Below, piece after piece: positions 1 to 9,804 of a stretch of 63,214 nucleotides of DNA (positions are counted from its first letter, which is position 1; each line of letters opens with the position of its first letter). This stretch comes from Hydrurus foetidus (taxonomy: Eukaryota): positions 186,001-249,214 of the forward strand of contig UYFQ01000779.1 of assembly GCA_900617105.1 (NCBI GenBank). Direction: 5' to 3'. The position numbers and the translations under genes were made by a program. Below the pieces are notes generated by a model. The model made no database searches. It saw only the letters and a program-made list of their open reading frames with translations, and was not told the DNA's origin.

Positions 1-506
1 GCAGGCACAAAAAGCTTTCTATAAAATCAGTGCTAAATGGGGATTGCCAATTATTGTGCAACAGTTTATTAATGGAACCGAAGTAAACATTGCTGCTTTA
101 GGCGATGGGAAGGCAATGCAACCAGCATCATTCCTATGAAAAAATTGTATATCACTGATAAAGGCAAGGCCTGGGCTGGTATTACACTAGAGGACGAAAA
201 TATGATACAGCTGGCGAAAGATTTTGTTGCTGCAACCAAATGGCGTGGGGATTTGAAGTTGAAATTATGAAAACCGCCAACGATGAATTATACATTATGG
301 AAATTAATCCAAGATTCCCTGCGTGGATTTATTTATCTGCTGGTGCTGGTCAAAATCAACCTGCTGCATTAGTTAAAATGGCTTTGGGAGAAAAGGTACA
401 ACCAATGACAGAATACAGTGTTGGTAAGCTTTTCATCAGATATAGCTGGGATATGGTGGTGGATGTTTCTAAGTTTCAACAGTTCACAGCCTTTGGAAGT
501 ATTTAA
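1..506 (+). CDS. ATP-grasp domain carboxylate-amine ligase (C-terminal part; runs off window start)
   Basis: Reconstructed PIIVQQFINGTE...KGKAWAG...FEVEIMK...YIMEINPRFPAW; EINPR is the ATP-grasp metal/ATP-binding signature. Confidence 0.85.
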
Positions 507-552
507 TTGATAATTGACAATGAATAATTTATAATTAACAACCGACAACTTG
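504..552 (+). repeat. Heptamer tandem tract (TAATTGA-like x7), left arm
   Basis: taattga taattga caatgaa taattta taattaa caaccga caacttg. Confidence 0.85.
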
Positions 553-555
553 ATT

Positions 556-954
556 ATGAAAGAAAATATTATTAAACAAAAGAGTTTTGACTTTGCTATC
601 GATTGTAAAACTCTATCAATATTTATCTGAGAGTAAAAAGAGTTTGTTATCAGCAAACAATTATTAAGAAGTGGAACAAGTGTAGGAGCAAATATTAGAG
701 AAGCAGAACAGGCAGAAAGCAAGAATGATTTTATCCATAAATTATCAATTTCATTAAAAGAAATAAACGAAACTATCTATTGGCTTGAACTTTTAGTAGC
801 TACAAAATTTATAACAACAAAACAATTTGAGAGCATAAATAGTGATGCCGTTGAATTAATAAAACTATTGACAACAATCATCAAAACATCAAAAACAAAA
901 AATAATAATTTAAAAGAATTATTAATCATCCATTATAAATTATCAATTATATGA
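556..954 (+). CDS. Four helix bundle protein (23S rRNA IVP-like family), frameshifted near 600-630
   Basis: MKENIIKQKSFDFAI...VISKQLLRSGTSVGANIREAEQAESKNDFIHKLSISLKEINETIYWLELL; not called in the ORF track. Confidence 0.9.
917..950 (+). repeat. Heptamer tandem tract (AATTATC-like x5), right arm, inverted relative to 504-552
   Basis: aattatt aatcatc cattata aattatc aattat; aattatcaatta is the reverse complement of upstream taattgataatt. Confidence 0.85.
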
Positions 955-2307
955 AATTAAAATACGAAAGACCCCTCATTAAAAATTAAATGCGGGAATG
1001 ATGAACAAATTTGGAGCACAAAGTGAATGTACTCCTGTTACACATATTGATGGAGTATCTGTTAAATCTATCATTCAAAATATGGCAGTCCGGTTTTGTT
1101 TTGAGCGAACAAAAATGCGTCAGAACTATAAATCAGCAGTAAGAGCATTTAGCACAAGGTATCCAAAAGTGCAGTTTGCCTGGAGCTATAAAACCCACTA
1201 CAATAATGCTGTTTGCAGGGTATTTCATCAAGAAGGAAGCTGGGCGAAGTGGTGAGTGGCTTTGAATACAGAAAAGCTTTAAGCAATGGCGTGCCGGGCA
1301 GCAATATCATTTTAATGGTCCCGATAAAACACGCTGAAGAAATTAAATTAGCCATAGAAAATGATTCACTAATTCATATTGATCACTTTGAAGAGTTGTA
1401 TTTGCTGATTGATTTATGTGCACAGCTTGATAAAAAGCACTTGTTGCTATTCGTGTAATATGGATACCGGCATCTATCCAATGTGGGACAGATTTGGTTT
1501 TAATTATGAAAATGGACAAGCTTGGCAAGCATTGAATAAAATAGTTGAGTCAGGCAAGCTTCAGTTGGTTGGGTTACACTCTCACATTGGAACTTATATG
1601 CTCAGCACAGCTGCTTATGGTGTTGCTGCTTCAAAACTTTGTGATTTAGCAAATGAACTGCAAAAGCCAGTTGCATACCACTATCAAGTATATTGATTTG
1701 GTGGTGGTTTTCCAAGTGCCAACACTTTGAAAGGTGGTTATGGTAATGTTCCAACACCTTCTGTTGATGAGTTTGCAGAAGTAATTACATCCACTATTTT
1801 AAATTATGGTTTTAAGACAGAAGACCTTCCATTATTGATTTTAGAGAGCGGTCGTGTGATTGATGATGCTGGTTATTTATTAGGTTCTGTTTTGGCAAAT
1901 AAGAAATTGAGTGATGGACGCAAAGCAACCATTATGGATTTTGGAGTGAATATTATGTTCACCTCGTTTTGGTATGATCATAAAATTAGCCCAGCACAAG
2001 AAGTGAGTCAGTTTAATGAAGACACAGTGTTGTACGGTCCTTTATGTATGAATATTGATATCGTTAGAGAATCTGTGAATCTTCCATTATTAAACAGAGG
2101 AGATTACGTTGTGGTACATAAAGTGGAGCTTATAATATGACACAATGGATGCAGTTTATTGCAATGCGTCCAAACATTGTTTTAATTGATACAAATAATG
2201 ATACACATATTATTCGTCAGGCTGAGACATTGGAATATTTAGAACAATTAGAAGTAATTCCCGAACATTTGCAAAAAATAGTTTGTTATCAAAACACTTG
2301 CAACTAA
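951..2307 (+). CDS. Fold-type III PLP-dependent decarboxylase (diaminopimelate decarboxylase-like)
   Basis: WSYKT (PLP Lys), GLHSHIG, DxGGGF, LILESGR, YGPLCMNID motifs across several frameshifts. Confidence 0.85.
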
Positions 2308-4445
2308 CATATCACCCTTTATAAAAGCACTGCTTAACAGCTATTCTGTTTTATTTTTTCAAACAATAATTTGTTTGCGGTGCTTTTGTTGCTGGTTTCT
2401 TTTTAATCCTTATGCTGGTCTTGCAGGAATGGTGGGAACAATAATAGCCATAAATGTGTCACATTTTACAGGTCTTAACAAAGCTTTGATTCAAAAGGAA
2501 ACTATAGCTACAATGCTTTAATTATAGGCATTGGAATGGGTGCGATATATAATTTTAGTGTTGCATTCTGATTTTGCTAACATTCATCATCATTTTTCTG
2601 TCATACTTTCTGTAGTATTTCAAAACATTCTTGGCAAGTATGGTTTGCCTTTTAACCATTCCTTTTGTATTGTGTTTTGGCTGGTATTACTTGTTACCAA
2701 TGTGTTTGAAGCAATAGACTTTACTTATAGAAACATATATTGATGAATGATGCCTATGCTATTGGCAGCAGTTATCTGGTGAAGCTAATTATGTATTTCG
2801 ACAGATTAGAAATGCCTGCATTGTTGTCAACTTTTTCAAAGCACTAAGCTCTTTATATTTTCAGAACAATGTTTTAGCAGGAATGATAATAGCTTTGGGT
2901 GTATTAATTCATAGTCGAATTATTTTCTCATTAATCATCATAGATTCTTAACAGCATATACTTTCAACAATATTGTAATGGCTCATCCAGAGGGAATGAA
3001 TTATTATTTAATTGGCGGCAATTTTATTTTGATAAGTGTTGCAATTGGTGGCTTTTTTATCATTCCATCATTACACTCTTATATATGGGCTGTAGTTAGT
3101 GTGCCTATTACGTTTATCATAGTAATGGCTCTTGGAAGAATAACTGGTCAATGGGGCTTACCAGTTTTTCAATGCCGTTTTGCATTGTTCTTTATCATTT
3201 TTATATTTCTTTTCTTTAAAACACAAAAGGGTAGAGTTGTAGCCACACCATTACAGCTATACTCTCTGAGAAGAATTTATACAATTATTTAAACAATAAA
3301 GAGCGTTTACAAAATATCAATCATATTCGTTTGCAATTACCATTTATTGGAAAATGGATGGTATCTCAAGGATATGATGGAAACATTACCCACAAAGGCG
3401 ATTGGAGCAAAGCATTAGATTTTATTATTGTAGACAATGAGTTAAAAACATATAAAAACTATGCTTTAAATGTTGAAGATTTTTATTGCTATAATAAACC
3501 TGTATTAGCACCTGCTGATGGTTTTGTTCAACAGATTGATGATTATATTGATGATAATGCTATTGGCAAAATCAATCAGCAAAAATTGGGGAAATACCAT
3601 TGTCATTAAACACACAGAAGGGCTTTATACAAAAATGAGTCACTTAAAAACATTCATTTAAAGTTAAAGTGGGTGACTTTGTTAAGCAAGGTGATGTGAT
3701 TGCCGCTTGCAGAAAACAGTGGACGCTCTCCGAACCGCATTTGCATTTTCAGGTACAAACAACGCCATATATTGGCAGTAAAACTTTGCTTATCCACTAT
3801 CATATTTTGTTTCGGAAACAATGGCAAAGCGGTCCAGAGTTTTCAATTCCTCTGAAACGGCTATTGTAAGCAACATAAATCACAACACAACTTTAAAACA
3901 GGCTTTTGAGTTCTTGCCAGGATTCAATCTAACTGCCAGTGCCGAGGGAATGGAAGATGGCAAGTGGAGGTTTTACTGATGCATATAATAACTCTTATTT
4001 TTATTGTCACACTACAAAGTCATTGGCATATTTTAAACGCAATGAAACAGTGTTTTACTTTACATCTTTCGATGGTGACAAAAGCAGTTTGCTATATCAA
4101 TTCTATATATCTTGTTACAAAGTTTACTTGGCTACAGAACCTGCTGTTGCTGCATTAGATAAATTTCCATTACAATTAAGTAAACACCATTGCGAAATGG
4201 TTGCAGGATTTTATAGCTCTGTTTTATATCTTCAGCAGATTGCATTTTGAATCGAAGAACAAAGTTGTATCAAACGATTTTTAAATCCATCTGTTAGCAT
4301 CAGCACGAAACAAGTGCTGCAGTTTTATCCTTTAAAAAATCATAAACGAATCTGTGATAGAGGTAAAAGATAATAGAATCAATGGTTTCTCATTTATTCA
4401 AAACAAAAAGAAATTAAGGCAATATGTACACCAAGAGATTATTAA
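2298..4445 (+). CDS. Urea-transporter-like membrane domain fused to M23 metallopeptidase
   Basis: Hydrophobic N-half (LLNSYSVLFF, YNALIIG, LPF, IHSRIIF, WGLPVF) followed by QGYDGNITHKGDWSKALDF...PVLAPADG...EPHLHFQ M23 zinc motifs. Confidence 0.75.
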
Positions 4446-5584
4446 AACTGATGATATGTAGTTTGCTTTTATAAGCAGCTACGCACAAGTAAAGGAATCG
4501 GTTGTTGAAGTTGATTTGCATTCATTAACATTATATAATGGAGCACAATGGAAAGAACTGGTTGTATATGGTAAAGACAAAATTGGCTCTGGCATTGACT
4601 TTCCCTTGCTTCGAATGAGAATAGGTTATGCAGCATTTATGCTTGGCAACTATTCGCAAAGTTTAATTCAGTATAAAAGTTTATGATGCAGAGCCAACAA
4701 ATGAAACAGCACTATACTATGTTTATTTGAACAACTTGTATCTAAACAATGTTAATGAATCCAGATATTATTTGGCATTAATGAGTGAAGCTGCCAGGAA
4801 GAACCTGGGTGTTAAGAAAATGAGGTTAGAATCAATAGAAACAGAATTCAGTTATAAATCAACAACAAGTTTGTTAAGAAATGATGCACAATATTATCGC
4901 CTAGATTCAATACTCAATTAGGATACAGACTTTCGTTACAACAAAGTGGAGCTATGTATAATCGTTATCAGTGAATCTCTAATGCCAACCACTGTAACCA
5001 ACAGAACCAATATAGATATTCAGCAAAAGAATATTATGGCAAATTGAACTTTGCACTAACAGGAAAAGTTGCTTTGTTCGGAGGTTATCATTATTTGTAT
5101 ACCCTTTCAATAATTTGATTTATAATAATAGTGTTGCCTTTGGTGGAATAGCATATACCGCTCCTTATTTTCACGTTAAGGCAATGGCAACTAATGCAAC
5201 TATTACCGATAATAGTTATACGCAATACGATGCTTCTGTTGCTTTATATCCATTTGGCAATACAAAGTTTTATGCCATCAGCAAGGGCTCATATAACACC
5301 AGTTTTATTTTCACACAATTGCAGGATTTAAAGCTGCAAAAACATTTGGCTGGAGGGAAACATAACAATTGGTGAGTATGATAGTTTTATTGACAACGAT
5401 GGTTTATCGTCTATAATGATATCGATAAAAGCAATTTAAAGTAGGAGGCAGCATCTATGCATCATTAAGCAAACATTTGCTGCTAACACTTAACTACAAC
5501 TTCGAACAGAAGTTAAAATATAAAACAACAGGTAACGATTTTTATCAACATTCAACAACAGGAGGTTTACAATGGAAATTTTAA
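4424..5584 (+). CDS. Secreted hypothetical protein, N-terminal TPR-like helices and probable C-terminal beta-barrel
   Basis: Signal-like N-terminus, LRMRIGYAAF helical segment, alternating aromatic strands, ends GGLQWKF (terminal Phe typical of OM barrels). Confidence 0.55.
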
Positions 5585-6188
5585 AAGTCAGTCATTGCTA
5601 TCACAGCAATCATTCTAGGAGTATCAAGTGCAACAGCACAAACAACAGATGATATTCAAAAGCTTTTAAAGCAAGTTATGTAAGTGAGTATAAAGCAGAT
5701 TATGCTAGTGCAATAGCAGACCTGCAAAAGGTTTACAAAGCAGAAAGCTACGAGTTTAATTTACGGATGGGTTGGTTGCACTATATGTCTAAGCAATATA
5801 CCCAGTCGATGGATTATTATCAAAAGCTATCAACCTTAAAAGTTTAGCACCGAAGCTCGTTTTGGTTACATTAAACCCGCCAACGAAGCAAAGCAATATG
5901 TAAAAGCTTATGAAAAGTATGAGGAAATCTTAAAAGATTGATCCATACAACAGCATTGCTAACTATTGGGTAGGTGTAACGTATTATACTGCTAAGAAAT
6001 ATGAAACTGCTGCAAAGTATTTTGAGTTAGTGGTTAATATGAATCCATTTGATTATGATGCAAACCATATGTATGGCTGGACACTGTTGAATCTTGGTAG
6101 AAATGCCGATGCTAAAATTTTATTTACACAAGCACTTTATAATCGTCGGGTGATGCTTCTGCAACCGATGGCTTGTAAATGCAAGTAG
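5572..6188 (+). CDS. Tetratricopeptide repeat protein with signal peptide
   Basis: YEFNLRMGWLHY, ANYWVGVTYY..KKYETAAKYFELVVNMNPFDYDANHMYGW TPR-like segments. Confidence 0.75.
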
Positions 6189-6194
6189 TTCACT

Positions 6195-6230
6195 AATAAA
6201 AAGCGTCTTCAATTGAAGACGCTTTTTATT
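6195..6230. terminator. Intrinsic terminator (perfect 36-bp palindrome)
   Basis: aataaaaagcgtcttcaa/ttgaagacgctttttatt immediately after the TPR stop codon. Confidence 0.85.
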
Positions 6231-6289
6231 GTTGTTTTCTCTCATTGTCCAACAAACACGTTATTGTATAATCAGTTTTCGTTATAAAT

Positions 6290-6554
6290 ATTGTTTTTAA
6301 GTTCATCAAGCAATTACTAAACTTTAGTCATCTAATTAATAGAACTGAAAATGGAATTAAAGTGATATTATATACAACTATGATTGCATCTGTTTTATTA
6401 ACAGCATTTAAGAAAGCAAAACTTGAGGGGTATAAAATACCTTAAACAGAAATTTGAAAATGAATTAGAAATTGAAATCGTAAGAGAACTTGTAATATTA
6501 TGTGATGGAAACCAAAATAAGCTCAATGAAATTTTATTGTGTAATACATCATAA
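6290..6554 (+). pseudogene. IS4-family transposase C-terminal remnant
   Basis: FKFIKQLLNFSHLINRTENGIKVILYTTMIA...GYKIP...ELVILCDGN resembles the segment after the RWxIE motif of Bacteroidota IS4 transposases; the rest of the gene is absent. Confidence 0.7.
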
Positions 6555-6723
6555 ATATCTTTCTAACAGATGTGGTCGGGCGACAAATAACAACAAAGTA
6601 TTTCTTGCATATTGTTTATTAAACTACCTCAACCCCTTCACAGAAGGAATTTGAACTCTCCTACACAAAAGATAAATTAGTAATACAAATATAAATGGCT
6701 TATCAATTCCCCCTTGAGATAAC

Positions 6724-7096
6724 CGAGAAAAAGCAAAGTTTTACGAAGGTTACGAGCATTGCTCTCGAGAAAAAGCAGAAGTTTTTACGAAGGTTACGAG
6801 CATTGCTCTCGAGAAAAGCAAAGCTTTACGAAGGTTACGATTGCTCTTGAGAAAAGCAAGTTTTACGAAGGTTACGAGCATTGCTCTCGAGAAAACAAAG
6901 TTTTACAGAAGGTTACGAGCATTGCTCCGAGAAAAAGCAAAGTTTTTACGAAGGTTACGAGCATTGCTCTCGAGAAAAAGCAAAGTTTTTACGAAGGTTA
7001 CGAGCATTGCTCTCGAGAAAAGCAAAGTTTACAGAAGGTTACGAGCATTGCTCTCGAGAAAAACAAAGCTTTTACGAAGGTTACGAACGTTGTTCT
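6724..7096 (+). repeat. Tandem array of nine ~43-bp units inside a C/G-rich REP-like element
   Basis: Consensus CGAGAAAAAGCAAAGTTTTTACGAAGGTTACGAGCATTGCTCT; last unit ends GAACGTTGTTCT; flanks aattcccccttgag...agggtgg. Confidence 0.95.
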
Positions 7097-7103
7097 AGGG
7101 TGG

Positions 7104-8558
7104 TTAATTTTCATCTACTACATCTGTTTCATTATTTGCATCTAAAGAAACTTCGATTCAGATGCTGGTAATTCTTCAAATGACTTCAACTTAGCATTTA
7201 TTTTTTTTTGTTCTTGCACCAACCAATTCATCAATATCCTCACTGGCTTTATTTATTTTTTCCTGTGCTTTCTTTAATACGTCTCCAAATTTTCCAAACT
7301 CTGTTTTCACAGCATAGTGTTTTCTTTATCTCACCACTTCTTTGTTCCAGTTGCCATTGTTTTATAGCCAAAATGAAATAGTAGAAGTATGGCTGATAAG
7401 TGGTTGGTCCTGTTAAAATAATCTGATATTCCTTTGCAATGTTTCCATTAATGCAGGTCGACGCACAGCTTCGGCATACAAACCTTCTATGGGTAAAACA
7501 ACAAACCAATTTCTGAAGTATCGGGTGGGTTAATATACTTTTCGTGAATATCTTTGCTGCTTTTTAATGGCGTTTTCTAATGCCTTACCTGCTGCATCTG
7601 CCGCTACTGAATCGCTTGCATCATACGCTGCCAGCAAGGTGTAATAATCTTCTATGGGAAATTTTGAGTCAATAGGCATCAACAACATTTTATTGTCTTG
7701 ATTGTGTTGTGGAATCTTGATGGCAACTCAACCCTGTTGTTGGTTCCTTGTTTTGTGATAATTATTTATTTCATATTGTTCAGGTGCAATGTTGCTCCAA
7801 AATATTCGACAACTGAATTTCTCCAAGTGTACCCCTAGTTTTTACATTGCTCAACACTTTTTAAATCACCCACACCCACTGCTAAGATTGCATTTCGCCC
7901 AAACCTTTTTGCACCGATTCTAAATTCTTACTCACTAATTCAAAAAGACTGATGTTAATCTTGTCTCCAAGGTTTTCTGCAATTTCTCATCAACAGTGTT
8001 TCGCATTTCTTCCAACTTCTTTCATTGCCCTGTTAAAGTTTTGATAGAGCTTTCCAAAGTTGTTTTATTTCGTTCAACTTTTCGTTGTTTGATTCGTTTT
8101 GTAATGCTCCGATGTTTTCAAATGAACTAAACTCTTCTCTAATCTGTCTTTATAATCTTTCAAAGCCTCGTTTAATTTTTAAAAAGGTCCAGGTTTTCTT
8201 TTTAGTTCTTTTCTGCTGTCTTTATTGTTATGGTCAATGGCATTTTGAAAAGCAGTAAACTTTTCTTCAATCAATTTTGTGAGAACTGTCAGTTGTTCTA
8301 AAATGTTTGGGTAAACTGGTTCAATTGATTGCCCAGTTCTGTTCTTAAACCTGTGGCAATATCTGCACTTTTTCTGTTGGTTACAAATTCGGTTTCTTTT
8401 AAATTTCTGGTGTTTTAAATGTTGTGCCAGTGTTGCCACCGAATTTTTATTGCAGTTAGTTCTATGTTTTCTTCCTTCGTTTCTTTTAAAAAACACGAAT
8501 GAGAATGACGATTAAAAGAATGGTAATGATAGAAAGGAATATATAGGTTTCTTTGCAT
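7104..8558 (-). CDS. rmuC: DNA recombination protein RmuC
   Basis: VLSNVKTRGTLGEI and MPIDSKFPIEDY motifs, N-terminal hydrophobic anchor and coiled coil. Confidence 0.88.
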
Positions 8559-8639
8559 CTGCGAATTTAATCGTTATTCATTATTAAGGAATTTTAATAC
8601 GCTTTAATATTCTGCTATTTTAAAGGGTTAATTGTGGTT

Positions 8640-8780
8640 AATGTCATTGTGAGGCACGAAGCCTGCCCGGATGTTCAGGTAAACTCCGTCATTTCGTCCC
8701 CATTCTGCTTCTCCCAACTTACTTCAACTCCTATTTACAACTAACTATTTACCACTCAGCCATTTACAAATCACCAACCA
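8640..8780. repeat. Patch of REP-like fragments and heptamer tract
   Basis: gtcattgtgaggcacgaagc, cctgcccggatgttcagg, and ctatttacaactaactatttaccactcagccatttacaaatcacca. Confidence 0.6.
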
Positions 8781-8866
8781 ATTATTTCAGCCCCTTATTT
8801 TCTCTGGCTATTTCAATGCTTTAGCATTTTGGGCAGTTACAATTTTTTTGCCTGTTTGTGCTTCAA

Positions 8867-8979
8867 TAGATCTCTTTCGATACTCAGTTTTACAACTCAC
8901 CTACACGTCATTTCGACGATAGAGAAATTCCTAATAATGGTTTTATGAGATTTCTCGGCAAGAACCCATCGAAATGACG
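8867..8979 (+). repeat. ~112-bp direct repeat copy A containing GTCATTTCGA...TCGAAATGAC palindromic element
   Basis: Aligns by eye to 23590-23700 over its full length. Confidence 0.85.
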
Positions 8980-9002
8980 AAACTTGTTTGAATTGTCGAA
9001 GA

Positions 9003-9525
9003 TGTCTAATATCTGTTAAAGTGGCAAACTCCCTGCCCTTTGTTTTACACCTCTTTTTTCCCATTCATTTGTTAATTTTTCTTAACTCAATGCTCTTCAA
9101 TCGCTGGTTAATCCACTCTCTTTGCTATAACCTTGTAGTTTCTTAAAATAATCTTCCATTGTCTCTTGTCTATGGTTTTTTCAGTCTTTTCTATCTCTCT
9201 TTTTCATAACCCACTTTTGCCAACTTTCATTGCTTAAAGGCTCTTGCCTTGGGTGAGGGGATAGATTGTATGAGTCGTAAAAGATTGCGTATCAAGACAA
9301 TCGGTTGTATTATTTTTCCATCGGAAGTTTCAATTTCAGTTGTCGATATTTTCGTACAACTGGCTACCTTCTTTTTGTTAGTTTCTTTTTAAATCGTCTA
9401 ATAGCGCTTGAATGCTACTCCTGTTAGCACTTCTATTATATCTTATCACACTTAAATACCACTTCTTCTTGCTCGTTCCACTGAGAACGTATATGCTTTT
9501 GTTCAAATAATTTTATATTGCCCAT
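9003..9525 (-). pseudogene. BRO-N / phage antirepressor-like protein, 3'-truncated
   Basis: MGNIKLFEQKHIRSQWNEQ...LLRLIQSIPSPKA..FKQ.LAKVGY...WINQRLKSIE...EFATLTDI, after which homology stops. Confidence 0.8.
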
Positions 9526-9542
9526 AGCAATTTTGTTTGTTG

Positions 9543-9550
9543 CAAATATA
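9543..9550 (-). promoter_or_regulatory. Bacteroidota -7 promoter element TATATTTG upstream of BRO gene
   Basis: Matches TAnnTTTG ~17 nt before the ATG. Confidence 0.55.
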
Positions 9551-9604
9551 CTATTTTGCTAATAATTTTAGTTGTCTTTATTGATTAGATTTCTCCGCTG
9601 GCAC

Positions 9605-9790
9605 CATTCCAAAGCATCGGAACATTGGGTTTAAATTCTCCTTTGAGGGGCGGGGTGGTTGTTTTATGCCGTTGGCTAAAGCCAAATAGTAATGATTTGT
9701 TTTAAAGTCTTTTAAAGTTTAAGTATGGTTTTGTATGACTGCGAAAGGAGATGTATTAGACCGGTTACGTGAGACACGAACTAAGGCTAA
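9605..9790. repeat. Patch of several REP-like palindromes including an empty C/G-rich element
   Basis: ttccaaagcatcggaa; aaattctcctttgaggggcggggtgg; gccgttggctaaagccaa; gttacgtgagacacgaac. Confidence 0.65.
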
Positions 9791-9804
9791 GGACGTTCTA
9801 ACTA

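Noticed and set aside
369..722. 117-aa minus-strand ORF
   Set aside because: Shadow of the plus-strand ATP-grasp end and the four-helix-bundle gene.
6724..7096. CRISPR array
   Set aside because: The sequences between the 30-nt repeats are near-identical 13-mers rather than unique spacers, and there are no cas genes in the window.
6759..7171. Three overlapping ORFs (128, 85 and 96 aa)
   Set aside because: They are translations of the 43-bp tandem repeat cycling through frames; there is no evidence they are coding.
9003..9525. Prophage suggested by the BRO/antirepressor gene
   Set aside because: No integrase, structural or replication phage genes nearby; BRO genes often occur alone.
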